Shown: positions 41,088-56,200 of the stretch, piece after piece | Position numbering within the stretch: position 1 is the stretch's first letter | How the letters are laid out: each line of letters begins with the position of its first letter | Notes under the pieces: generated by a model | Told to the model about the DNA's origin: nothing | What the model saw: only the letters and a program-made list of their open reading frames with translations | Databases searched by the model: none | Assembly (NCBI RefSeq): GCF_006345805.1 | Contig: NC_043012.1 | Coordinates: 41,354,001-41,418,000, forward strand | Direction of reading: 5' to 3' | DNA: 64,000 nucleotides | Source: Octopus sinensis | Taxonomy: Eukaryota | Position numbers and translations under genes: made by a program

Positions 41088-41545
41088 ATTTGGCTCAAAA
41101 GCAAATAGCAAGGCCATGTAGGGGGACATGGAGTTAAGTACAGGGTGGTGTTCATGTAAAGAGTTCAGGCCACTTGAGGTCCAGGGAGGCTTTGAACAAA
41201 GCGGTCGTCGGCATCTTCACCATCTCGTCTGGCAGCTTGTTCCACGGATCCGCAACCCGGACGGAGAAAGCTCCTCTCCTTCGATTGAGATGAAATCGTC
41301 GCAGGTAGAGCTTTTCGGAATGACCCCGCAGCCGACGCACTGGAGCAGGAGTGAAGAACAGCTCTTTCGAGAGGTTACACTTTCCGCTTATGATGTTGTG
41401 GGCGAGAATGAGATCACCACGGCGGCGGCGTTTTTCAAGAGAATAAAGGTCGAGCGTCCTCAGCCTTTCTTCGTAGGACAACTTTTTGAGACCATGAACC
41501 ATGCGGGTAGCCAGCTTCTGGACTCTTTCGAGATGGCGTACACAC
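41057..41545 (-). mobile_element. 3' fragment of a second CR1-clade LINE with a (TAAC)n tail
   Basis: LERVQKLATRMVHGLKKLSYEERLRTLDLYSLEKRRRRGDLI...FSVRVADPWNKLP...FKASLD, followed on the minus strand by (AACT)n at 41057-41088. Confidence 0.88.
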
Positions 41546-41913
41546 TGGATCTATAACTTGTGGTCAGCATAACTAATATATTTCACTCATACATAAAAGT
41601 TAACACACGTGTTTAGATTAGCGCTTCTTCTACCTGTCTGTGTGTTGTTCCATGTATCAATTGAATTTTACGTGCTTATACAGAGTTGGCCAAAACTTCA
41701 ACTGGCAGTTTAATTAAAGCCATTTAATTCTAAGATTTATTTAAGTTTAACAACTGAACGGGTTTAACAAAAGCATCTAATTAAGAAACATCATGAAAAC
41801 CGTTCAAACTGAAGTGTTTCTTCAGCGACACATTTTTCCATTCGAATTAATACAGAATTACAGACAGTATTTATGGAATTTTGATTTACTGTTGGGTTAC
41901 TTTTGGTCAACCC

Positions 41914-41946
<33 letters not shown>

Positions 41947-42328
41947 TTGTGTGTGTGTGTGCTTGTGTGTGTGTGTGCTTGTGTGTGTGTGTGCTTGTGT
42001 GTGTGTGTGCTTGTGTGTGTGTGTTTAGGAGTGAGTACTCGAACGTACATGTATCTGTACGAAAAACACACATACATCTGACATACATTTATAAGTATTT
42101 TTCTATTTCGTTTATGCAGTTTTCCACATCGATCCACTCTTGAAGTTTTTCTGTAGGATAGCTCTTTCAGGAAATGTTGATAGCTCCTTACTCAACACTT
42201 CTTTTGAGGAAAAAAAAGATGTGATGCCTCCAACCATATTTTCAACGGTGTAACGCAGGCAGATTCGTAGAGAGGGGTGAGAAATAGGGAGGAAGAAGAC
42301 TGAGAGAGAGGAGGAGAGAGAGAGCTGT

Positions 42329-42365
<37 letters not shown>

Positions 42366-42567
42366 AAGACTGCGACAGCGAGTAAGACAAGAATCAACTT
42401 CAGTAAACGAAATGCATAGTGACCTTGCCAGGACTTGAACTTAAAACACAAAGAAATGAAACACGTTAAAACGCATTCGATTCACCAACTTATCCACACA
42501 AACACACACACACATTTATATGTGCATACGCTTACATGCATACACACACACACATAGTTATATATAT

Positions 42568-42793
42568 ATTCTTTCATTCTTTTATTTGTTTCAGTCATTT
42601 AACTGCGGCCATGCTGGAGCACCGCTTTTACTCGAACAAATCGAGCCCTGGATTTATTCTTTGTAAGCCTAGTACTTCTCTCGGACCCGTTTGCCGGACA
42701 GCCAAGCTACAGGGACGTGAACGCACCAGCATCGGTTGTCAAGCGATGGTGGAGGGGAAAATCACAGACACAGAAACATACATACACACACAC

Positions 42794-42880
<87 letters not shown>

Positions 42881-43030
42881 CGGACCTCTCTCAGTTTCCG
42901 TCTACCAAATCCACTCACAAGGCTTTGGTCGGCCTGAAGCTCTAGTAAAAGGCACATTTGCCCAAGGTGACTCGCAGTGGGACTGAACCCGGATCCATGT
43001 TGTTAGGAAGCAAGATTCTAACCACACATT
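42568..43030 (-). mobile_element. Family A SINE
   Basis: Same blocks as 21710-22110, with an expanded internal (TA)n. Confidence 0.85.
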
Positions 43031-43471
43031 GCTACTGATATAAACATCATCAATCCCACATAGTCAGTATATATTCAGAGTCGTGGCTGAATAGCGATAA
43101 TGGACGACCCCTGTTAACGCTAGGTTTTATAACACCAGAAATTCATAGAGAGGCGGCAAGGTTCCATTCTAGTGCGTGATGTTGATTAACCACAAAATGG
43201 TATAACATCAATATCCATCAGCCCTGTATTCGGTCCGAGGTGAGCTGTTCACCCGTCTATGATTTTCCGGCGCTTTAACACCAAGCATTAACAGAGGTCG
43301 ACCCCAAGCGATCTATCGCAGCAAGCCCTGCGAACAAACACAACCCATACAGTGTGTATGTGTGATGTATATTTATACATACATATGTATAGCTATATAT
43401 CTATATGTATGTATGTGCATGTACATATATATTATATATATATATATGCATGTGCGCGCGTATGTGTATGT

Positions 43472-43845
43472 GGAGGCGCAATAGTCCAGTGGTTAGGACA
43501 ACATACTCGCTGTCGAAAGGTCGCGTTTTCGATTCCCAGACTGGGCGTTGTGAGTGTTTGTTAAGCGAAAACACCTAATGATCCACGGGGCTCCGGCATG
43601 GGTTAGTGGCTAATCCTGCTGTACTCTTTCATCACAACTTTCTTTCACTTTTTCTTCCTGTTTCTGTTGTACCTGTATTTCAAAGGGCTAGCCTTCACAC
43701 TCTCTCTGTCTCGCTGAATTTCGCAGAGAATTACGTTAAGTGTACACGTGTCTATGGAGTGCTCAGCCATTTGCACGTTAATTTCACGAGCAGGCTGTTC
43801 CGTTGATCGGATCAACTGGAGTCCTCGTCGTCGTAACCGACGGCG
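43472..43845 (+). mobile_element. Family B SINE
   Basis: Full-length homologue of 5600-5978. Confidence 0.85.
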
Positions 43846-43892
<47 letters not shown>

Positions 43893-43924
43893 TATATATT
43901 TATATTTATATACTTACACATATA

Positions 43925-44325
43925 TATTCTTTTATTCTTTAATCCTTTTACTTGCTTCAGGTTGCGGTCATGCTGGGATCGCGCCTTAAAGAATCATTTT
44001 GCCGAACGCATCGACCCCAATACCTAGTTTAGCAAGCCTGGTAATTATTTTATGGCTCTCTTTTACCGAAACGCTATGTTACAGGCACGTAACCACACCA
44101 TCACCGATGTAAAGCGGTTCTGGTGGTGGTGGTGGGGGGGATACAGACACAAGGACAAACACACACACGTATATAAACAAATACATACTCTGGACTTCTT
44201 GCAGGTTCCTTCTACCAAATCCATTCGCAAGTCTTTGGTTGGCCCGATGTTATAGTAGAAGCCACTTGCCTAAGTTGCCATGCAGTCGGATTGAACCCGG
44301 AACTACATGGTTTGGAAGCAAACAT
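43925..44325 (-). mobile_element. Family A SINE (diverged)
   Basis: TCCTTTTACTTGCTTCAG...GGTCATGCTGG...CTACCAAATCCATTCGCAAG...TTGAACCCGGAAC. Confidence 0.75.
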
Positions 44326-44534
44326 GCCTATATATATATATACATACATACATACATACATACATATACATATATATATATATATATCATATTTTACTAT
44401 ATATATATATATATATAAATATATATATATATATGTATGTATGTATATATATGTATATATACACACATGCATACATATGTATAATATACATATATCTATA
44501 TATTGTACATACATATGTATATATACATATCATT

Positions 44535-44638
<104 letters not shown>

Positions 44639-46071
44639 ACAAACACAGATACATATGTATATACATTGAGGTAAATACTCGTACATGCTGTTGTTAAATA
44701 AGAAATGAAACGAACACCGAACTCACTCACCGATATGACGGCCAACCAAGGACTCATCTTGTTGTTGCTTTTCCTCTTCCGGTCGACAACCCAAATGGGG
44801 GGCAGCAAAAGCCCCAATTATTTTTGCACGACATCCACAAAAACGGGATATTGTAAAACTTACCGTTTTAGGGGTTGAATATAAATTCTTGTTATTTTGA
44901 AACGTGAAATATGAATAAGGAAAATGGTGGTGCCAATGTGCAGATCTAACTAAAACTATATCAAACAAGGTGAAGAATAGTGCCAAGAGAGAAAAAAAAG
45001 CACAAGAGCAGTGTGAGTGGTGTACAGTGAATAGAAAACTCTAAAACTATTTGAAGACAAAGAGTGGAACACAAAGTGCGTTGTTGCAGTAAAGTGTGAA
45101 GATAAAGGAAGTAGGTGGTGCATGGTGGCAGAACATGTGGGGGGATTAAACAAGAAGGTTGTACATATTCGCCGTAAAATGAGAAGATGGCAAAAAAGAA
45201 AAATGATGTGCATGGCGGTAGAACGAGATGAAGAAGACAAACATGATGAATAAAAAGAACATGAAGGGACCACGCCCCCAGGGTTTATCTCGTGTTGAAT
45301 GATTGCTTGTTATGATGGAGGCGGTGGCGTGGTGGTGGTGGTGGTGGTGGTGGTGGTAGTTATGCTGGGGGTGGTGGTGATTGTGGGTTTGTTCGGTGAT
45401 GTCGGAAGCAGCGAGTGAAGGTGGTTATGGATGCTGTGATAATGATATCGACGATGGCGACGATGTTGATGCTGACTACGATGCTGCTGATGAAGATGAT
45501 ATGCTGGTGGTGGACATCAATGGAGAGGATGGTGAAGGCAATGAAGAAATGATAAACAGTCGATGATGTGAGGTGAGAGTTAGCGGTGCTGAGGATGACA
45601 GCGATGGAGACGGGCGACATGACAGTGAAAGACAAACAGATGCAACGAAGATATTGGTGCAGCTAAACGGTGGTGACGGTGGTGGTGGTGCTGGTGGTGG
45701 TACTAGTGCAAGTTGTGTGGTGCTGATGGCTTCGGTGCTAGTAGTACTGGTGCTGGTAATACTGGTGCTGCTACAACTGGTGAGAGTGCGAGAATTATAA
45801 ACTAGTGTGGGTGAGAGTGATGCGATTGTTAGTTGCTAGCCTATAAGGTCGGTTGGTTGGTTGGTTGGTTGGTTGGTTGGTTGGTTGGTTGGTGAGTAGG
45901 TGCAGGCTGGTTGAGTGAGGGTGATCTACAGCTACAAGTGTGAGTGTGAGTGTGGGATGGACCATCATGCAGTGCAAGTGAATGTTTAATCTCCTAAGGT
46001 AACGGGTGCAGTAGTTTCAAACATTCTCTCACGTGACACATTCTTACAATAGTTTCCCTACAACGCAAAGT

Positions 46072-46111
<40 letters not shown>

Positions 46112-46459
46112 GCTACTGCTATTACTACTACTGCTACTGCTACTACTACTAGTAACACTTAAAGTAATATTACTATTCACTGTTAATTACCAGAAAAATC
46201 TTCTGAAACTGATTGCAGTGTAACTGACCGTAGCAGAGTATATAACTGAGTATAACCTATTATTACCAAGTATAGCCGAGTATAGCAGCGTGACGTGCAG
46301 TTTTAATATTTTTATTAATTAATGTCAAATATATTTATTTTAAGTATTCAACTATGGGTAAAATGTAATTTTCTTTGACTAATCAAATAATCTTCATAAC
46401 AAGACATATGCACGCTTTTCTTCCACCCATTTATATTATTACTATTATTATTATTATTA

Positions 46460-46506
<47 letters not shown>

Positions 46507-46525
46507 TCATCATCATCATCATCAT

Positions 46526-46593
<68 letters not shown>

Positions 46594-49052
46594 ATATATA
46601 ATATATTTATATATATAATGCGTCTACAGTTAACCAAGTTTCATTGACCTTCATTTACTTGCGTACAATACGTGTTATTCTCGGTGATTCTAAGGTAGTA
46701 AAAGTACTTTAGCGTCTATTTCTAGCGGCGCGTGGTGATGAATCATGCTGACCCCTTGTTTTAATTATGTATATAAGTATAAAATGATATATATACATAT
46801 AATACATACGTACATATATATATATACATGTATATATATACATTCTTTGTTTGATTTGCATAATAGTGGTTTTGTCTCTAATATAATATAATATATATAT
46901 ATATATATTATATATATATATATGCTAAGTTTACAGTGAAATAATATTAGAATATGAAATAGATAGCTTTTGAGTCAGTATTCTGTTAACAAATTCTGTA
47001 TTTTATAAAAAGGAATAAAAATTTAATTGTAATTATTAACCCAATAATATAAGTTCTGATGCATTCTGCGATTTAGACTTATTAATTAATTAGATTGTTT
47101 CGTTCGTTTGGAAAAATAACTAACAATTTAAACATTTATTAAGATTAATTTATAATTGTCTTCTTTTAAAAATCACAGTAAACAGTTAAATATTTACGTT
47201 TTTCTTTTTCAGTGCATCTAAAGTGTCGGAAACAGAAGAAACCTTTCTCTTTAAGAGATATTTTTATAACAGCTAATCGGTGCCTTGGTGCGTATTCGTG
47301 CTACTTGCCTCTGCAGATCACTACAGACTTTCATGCTACTCTTGTGCATTTGGTTTGTCATGCGTCTGGTGAATTGAATTTCATGCCAACCTAACACAGT
47401 TAGTGCAAGAAGATTGCGTTTAGCATATATAATTTTCTTAAATTGTCCGGAATACACGATGCGAGAATCCTTTAAGAAATATTCTATTTGAAATACTTTC
47501 CCTTAGAGAATTAGCAAAAAAAATTTAAATTTATGATGTCATTATTTAATGTATTGATTAATTATTCACAATAATTAACATAATAATCATTATTTCATTA
47601 CATTAAATTTTTCTATGACATATTTTATAATTTTCTTCTACAAACTTTGCTTCAAAAGAAATAATATGCTCAACGCTCCCTGGTGAAAATTGTGCTGAAC
47701 TACGATATCGACAAAGTGCTGATGCAAATATAATGGACCCTTGTTGAGAAGATAGGCACAAGGTTAGAAATACATAAGCTATGGTTGCCTTGATATATTT
47801 ATTAGTTAGTAACAAATAGAGACGATCCTGTAGCTTTCTATTGATATTAGCTAAACTCTTATATATTCATTCAAAAATGTTTGTGTACCTTCAAGAAATA
47901 TATATCTAATATGCATTACGCTTTGCAATAAATGCACTGTATATGAGTTATATATTTAATATGATGTATCATTATAACTTATGATATTATTACATTATAA
48001 ATTATAATACTACCATATTATCCAGTGTGTCCTTTTGTAAATACGAAACGATAAGCACAATGAATGGAATGTGCAGCTACCATTTACTGCACATAATATA
48101 TTTGTAATATATGAAATTCATATCTTATTGCGTATACTATATTTTCCCCACATGCTATCCTGAAATTATTAAGACATAGCATATTTTCATATTTGATATC
48201 TAGAATGTACTAAACGTAGTATATTTCCATGCATAACAGATGGAATTTATTGCATGAAATATATTTTCATTTTGCATAGATGTAATTCATCTCTTCAGGG
48301 AATATGAAACATCCAGCGGAGAACATTTCGGAATTAAAAACGCAGTTGTATCCAACTCGATACCGGAAAACGCCATCTTGATTACATTTGTGTACCATGT
48401 TAATTTAAAGTTGTATTTTTAATTATATGTCTTTTATTATCGATCCGACGTGTGATAAAAGACACAAACAAGTACATATGCTAGCAGTGTATATCTAATA
48501 ATATTTATGGCTATACTTTTGCACTCCTTTATAAAAAAAGTGTCGTTATGGATAATAATAATAATTTCACTTTGCAAGAAAGTTCGTTGACTTCATTCAT
48601 AACTACGTCTTTCTTTTGTTTTAGTTGTTACTGTCATTGGTTTCAGGATACTTGAAAGATATTAAAATACGCGATATGTTTATAAACATTAACCCTCATG
48701 CTATATTATGAATAAGGTTTTTGAAAGAATTTTTACTCCACTTCAACTCATTAAATTTAAATTAAACTAATTAAAAAATTTCCAGTCAACATTGAAATTA
48801 AGAATCTTTGTTATATTAGAAATACTTTACCGCTATCAAAAGTTGTTCACATTTATTCATTCTATGCAGGTTTCCTTACCATATAGAATGATAAATGCCA
48901 TTTTATATACAATATACCAATATACATAGAGTTTGAACTATGTCCATACTAAATACGAAATAATTTTGCTAATATATATATATATATCTGTGTATATATA
49001 GATATATACATATAGGTGTATATTTATTATATAGGTGTATACATACGTGCTT

Positions 49053-49090
<38 letters not shown>

Positions 49091-49186
49091 TTACATATAT
49101 GTATACACATATAGGTATATACATGTATATATATATACTTGTATATATATATATAATATATATATATATATCTTTGAAAGAAGGTT

Positions 49187-49374
49187 TGAAAATGCAATTT
49201 TAAAGTTGTTTATTCACTTGACCGGTTTCACTTTTTAGAAAAAAGTCAAAAATAAAATGTAAAGCTTTGTTGTGTTAAGTACTTAACACAACAAAGCTTT
49301 ACATTTTATTTTTGACTTTTTTCTAAAAAGTGAAACCGGTCAAGTGAATAAACAACTTTAAAATTGCATTTTCA
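49187..49374. repeat. Perfect 188-bp palindrome (94-bp arms, no spacer)
   Basis: The centre TTAAGT|ACTTAA lies at 49280/49281, and the arms are complementary base for base out to 49187 and 49374. Confidence 0.92.
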
Positions 49375-49426
49375 CTTTCCATTGTACTCTATCTTATCGG
49401 TTAATCTTCTACTTGTCTATGAGCTG

Positions 49427-49491
<65 letters not shown>

Positions 49492-49605
49492 TCCACCTGT
49501 ATTTCTATAACTTACATCTCACATTCGTTATTGTATGTATCATAGTGTCATCTATGTACTTCACGTCGCTAAAGATTTGTGTCATTCTGTCTATCTATCG
49601 ACCTG

Positions 49606-49686
<81 letters not shown>

Positions 49687-51554
49687 ATATATAATGCATA
49701 CACACACACATATATATATACACATAAATATATATATATATATATATACATATGTATATTTATGTTTGTATGTGTGAAACTTTGTGAATTACTTATATCT
49801 GTTTAGGTGTATTTGTTACACTTATTTAGTATCGAAATTGGGTTTCGGTGAATCAATGCTTCAGATACAATAAATAATTCATATTTTCTCCAACTATTTC
49901 AAAAGAAATCATTTCATTTCAGTTTTAATATTTAAAAAAAGAATATGTGTTGTTTGCTAAAAAAAAACCAAAAAACTAATAGTTCCATTGATTTCGTTGC
50001 CGTTTTATGCAATGTTTTTCGTTGTCACACTGACGATCGTGGGAAACTTATGAGTTCTCGTTTCTGTTGTTACTGGAATTAATAGTTTCGTTTGTTTCTT
50101 GTTAGGATCGAATAGTTCCTATGATGTTCGTCAGCAAGGTGTGGTGATGTGGAGAGGGAGTGGAGAAACTTATTTAAATACACTAAATTGCATCTTCTCA
50201 CTTGTTTCGTTTCCTTTTTTAATATCTGTAAATATTTTATATTTTCTTAGATATTGTTTACATAAACTGGTTTTTGTTGGTTTGGGTTGTTACTGTTGCT
50301 GTTATTGTTGCTGTTGTTGTTGTTGTTGTTGTTGTTAATATCTGAGGTAATGTTTTTTGACATGGAGGTTATGAACTTTTTTTTTGTAGTTTAATTGTAC
50401 ATTGATATTTAAATATGCAATGAAAAAAATATGGAAAAAAATTTGTTTACTTTTAGTATTCTAATGTCTTCTGTGATGATTTCGAAAAACTAATCTAATC
50501 AATGCTGAATGGCTTTTGAAGAATATTCAAACACATAAACACACACACACACACGAGCACAACAATACACAGGCGCATATATACTAGTTATATATATATA
50601 AATATATGCATGTATATGTATACATAATAAATAAATATATAAATACATATATACACATATATCTATATTTTCGTCTCTCTCTATATATATATACAAATAT
50701 ATATATATATATATATGCATACATATATATATATATGCATAGATATATATATATGCATACATATATATATATGCATACATATATATATATATATATGCAT
50801 ACATATATATATATAAGCACTTGTATAACTGCGCACTAAACCTGTTTACAAGTGCACTTGTGTCCGTATATATACTCGAACATGTGTGTATTTGTGCTTA
50901 TAAAATATTTTCGTGTACGTCTGTATCACTAACAACAGTATCATTATGTATTCCATCTCCCGGGTATTTTATAAATACTCAATGTTTATGTCTACTTCTG
51001 GAGTAATGTCAGTCGGTTAATTACGGTTGTAATATCTATATAGATTAGCATCTTTTTAAAAACACTTTTTTCTCGATGTGTTTTATTTTCTGTTATTTCT
51101 TTTATTATACTTTATTTCAGAATGTAGGAAAGAAAACGTTTCAATAAGGATGTTTGTTCTATAAAAAAATCTTTGAAAAAACTAACTTTATACGAATTTA
51201 AAAAAATATGATCATTTGTGTATCGTAAGAGGATCGGGGTTAATATTTCGTAGGTGAAATATTGATGAGTATTATTGTTATTGTTGTTTTTGTTTGTTTA
51301 TTTTTTTTATCTGGTACGAAGTAATGTTTGGAGCGGAGAGGATTTCTGCTCTCAACGTTATATTTTATTATTAAATCGGACGAAGATTCGAAGGAAATTA
51401 CAACGATGGAAAAAATGCCTTGCAGTATTTCTTGTTTCACTTTATATTTTGTGTTCAAATCCCAACGAGATCAGTTACGATTTTTATCCCCTCTAGAATT
51501 GATAAAATAAAGTCTCAACTTAAAACTAAGGTTCATAATTGCAGGCCGTGTGCG

Positions 51555-52225
<671 letters not shown>

Positions 52226-52313
52226 TGGTATTGCATCAGCGCTTTCATATTGCATTATTATTATTGGTGGTGGTGGTGGTGGTGGTGATTTTTTCGTTGT
52301 TTTTGTTGTTGCT

Positions 52314-52392
<79 letters not shown>

Positions 52393-53240
52393 ATGTAGTT
52401 GTTGCCCTGTGCTAAATTCGCTTTTTATCTTTGAATCTGAACTTCGGCTCGAAAGAGTCGAGGCTATATGTTGCAAAACGTTTGTTCGATAAGTGTAACA
52501 TTTGTACAAAATCACCATTGTATTTTACGAAAAAGAGATATATTGATTTCTAACGAGAAAAGTAAGTCTGATCGAGTAAATCGATCTAATACTTGAATGA
52601 AACTTTGTTTTATCGAACTTCACGATAAACAATATTTATGTTGTAGTTTCATATTTGTATGACTACAAAATTATTTCGTTTGTAAATATCAGGTTTATAC
52701 AGTAAAATATGTGCAAACTATATCTTTGTTGAATGTGAGAGTGATACCTGACATGATCACAAGACCAGAACATTTTAGGGAAGGGATTTACCGATGAAAC
52801 CGGCCTGATACTTGATTGACACTCTGTCATCTACCCGGGATGCAATTTGGCCTTAAGGGGATTTGAACTCAGAATGTAGAGATAAACTAAATACTGCCAT
52901 TCATTTGGCACTCAACTATTTCTGTCAATTTACCAAAATGTTGTTAAATATAGTAAGAAACCGTCTGACAATATAATATAAAGTTTAATTATTTATAAAG
53001 CTATTTAAATGTATATTCCTGGAATTATTAGTTATGAGTTGGGGATAAGACGTTTGTTTGATTGTTTGAAGAGATATTAAAAAAATTTTCTGCTGTTGAT
53101 GTTGTTGTTTTGCTGTTAGCATTTTATGGAATATTTCATCAATTAAAATTTCAAAAGCTTAAGGACAAAAGCACGTAGACTTGCCTGCATTGGATCGACC
53201 AGGGCTATTCATTGTGAAATTCATTTTGATGAAGCTGTTT

Positions 53241-56200
53241 TCATCGCACTGGAATTTCAACGTCTCTCAGATCAGTTTTATCACCATGATTGTCTTCTTT
53301 CGCTGTTGAACTCATTAATCTTTGAGAATTCTCAATGGCATCACCAGAATGTGACAATGTGTCAGCATGTTTTTCGTACGGGTTCTCGATTTTTCCTTTA
53401 TTAACACGTACAGCGTTAATTTTTCCTTCTTTGAACTTATGTGAAGAGGGTTGTGACGAAGATCTTCGCGATATCACTTTGGATGTGAGATCGGTTTTAC
53501 TCAACCCTAGTGAATTCTGTTCTCCATAATCAGTTCTATTTGTGTCTTTAAAATTATTAATGCTATCACTTTTCATCGGTAAAGTATATAAAACATTTAA
53601 CGGCATATGAAGATTTTTTTTAGATAATTTCTTAGAGGGCTTAACTGAATTTGAGGGATTATGGGCATTTGGTAACTCTATGACTGGGGACGATGGATCT
53701 TGAATTCCTAAATACCGTTTTACTAACATTGTATGGCTGAAGTTCCGTTTATGTAGAGAAATCGTATTAGAAGGTTTTGCTGCCGTACGTTTAAACTTTT
53801 GGCGCCTTTTAGCAGCAAACTTACGATTAGCAGTTAAGTAATTTCTACCTACAATTCGTTTACCAACAAATAAGGGATCCTCATCTCGTTTATCTGATAA
53901 CAAGGTATATCGACTCTGGGGATATTTAATTGTTTTACTTACAAAAGAAGGCCCTGGATATCGCTTAATCCCAAGTAAAAAATTTGACCGCGAACGCGAA
54001 ATTTTATCTGCAGAAGATTCTTCATTTCTTCTAAAAATAGGTTTATTTCTAGTTACAGATTCTAACTCCCGTTTGTCCTTAGATACTTGATGATCGACTT
54101 TTAGAGAATTTTTGTTGTGTGTAACTAAATTCATAAGGCGCAATTTTCGTTTTCTTACAAGACCAGGATTGTACTTTGACTTACCTATAACATATTGGTA
54201 AGGTCTATTTCCAGAATGGGTCCCACTAAACCCTCCTTTACTGAGTAATTCTGTGATGTGCTCACGTTTGCCAACGAACAAAGGATTTTTCTCTCGTTTA
54301 CCAGAAAACATAGCATCTCTCTCTCTTTTACCGACAAACATGGGATCCTCTCGTTTACCGACAAACACTGGATCTTCTCTTTTACCTATAAACATGGGAT
54401 CCTCTCTTTTACCGACAAACATAAGATGTTCTCTTTTACCAACAAACATAGGGTTTTCTCTTTTACCCACAAACATAGGATCTTCTCTTTTACCGTCAAA
54501 CAAGGGATCATCTCTTTTACCAACAAACATAGGATTTTCTCTTTTACCGACAAACATAGGCTCTTCTCTTTTACCTATAAACATGGGATCTTCTCTTTTA
54601 CCGACAAACATGGGATCTTCTCTTTTACCGATGAACATGGGATCTTCTCTTTTACCAACAAACATGGGATCTTCTCTTTTACCGACAAACATAGGCTCTT
54701 CTCTTTTACCGATGAACATGGGATCTTCTCTTTTACCTATAAACATGGGATCCTTTCTTTTACCGACAAACATAGGCTCTTCTCTTTTACCTATAAACAT
54801 GGGATCTTCTCTTTTACCGATGAACATGGGATCTTCTCTTTTAACAACAAACATGGGATCTTCTCTTTTACCGACAAACATGGGGTCTTCTCTTTTACCG
54901 ATGAACATAGGATCCTCTCTTTTACCTACAAACATAGGATCTTCTCTTTTACCGACAAACATGGGATCTTCTCTTTTACCAACAAACATGGGATCTTCTC
55001 TTTTACCAACAAACATAGGCTCTTCTCTTTTACCAACAAACATGGGATCTTCTCTTTTACCGACAAACATAGGTTCTTGTCTTTTACCGATGAACATAGG
55101 ATCTTCTCTTTTACCTATAAACACGGGATCCTCTCTGTTACCGACAAACTTGGGATCTTCTCTTTTACCGACAAACACGGGATCTTCTCCTTTACCGACA
55201 AACATAGGCTCTTCTCTTTTACCGATGAACATGGGATCTTCTCTTTTACCAACAAACATAGGATCTTCTCTTTTACCTATAAACATTGGATCTTCTCTTT
55301 TACCGACAAACATGGGATCTTCTCTTTTACCGACAAACATGGGATCTTCTCTTTTACCGACAAACATGGGATCTTCTCTTTTACCTATAAACATGGGATC
55401 TTCTTTTTTACCGATGAACATTGGATCTTCCCTTTTACCAACAAACATGGGATCTTCTTTTTTACCAATGAACATAGGATCTTCTCTTTTGCCAACGAAC
55501 ATAGGATCTTCTCTTTTACCGACAAACATAGGATCTCTTTTACCAACGAACATAGGATCTTCTTTTTTACCGACAAACATGGGATCTTCTCTTTTACCTA
55601 TAAACATAGGATCTTCTCTTTTACCGACAAACATAGGATCTCTTTTACCAACGAACATAGGATCTTCTTTTTTACCGATAAACATAGGATCTTCTCTTTT
55701 ACCAACAAACATGGGATCTTCTCTTTTACCAACAAACATGGGATCTTCTCTTTTACCAACGAACATAGGATCTTCTTTTTTACCGATGAACATGGGATCT
55801 TCTCTTTTACCCACAAACATGGGATCCTCTCTTTTACCGACAAACATGGGATCTTCTTTTTTACCGATGAACATAGGATCTTCTCTTTTACCGACAAACA
55901 TGGGATCTCTTTTACCAACAAACATAGGCTCTTCTCTTTTACCGACAAACATGGGGTCTTCTCTTTTACCGATGAACATAGGTTCCTCTCTTTTACCTAC
56001 AAACATAGGATCTTCTCTTTTACCTATAAACATGGGATCTTCTCTTTTACCTATAAACATGGGATCTTCTCTTTTACCGACAAACATGGGATCTCTTTTA
56101 CCAACAAACATAGGCTCTTCTCTTTTACCGACAAACATGGGGTCTTCTCTTTTACCGATGAACATAGGTTCCTCTCTTTTACCTACAAACATAGGATCTT

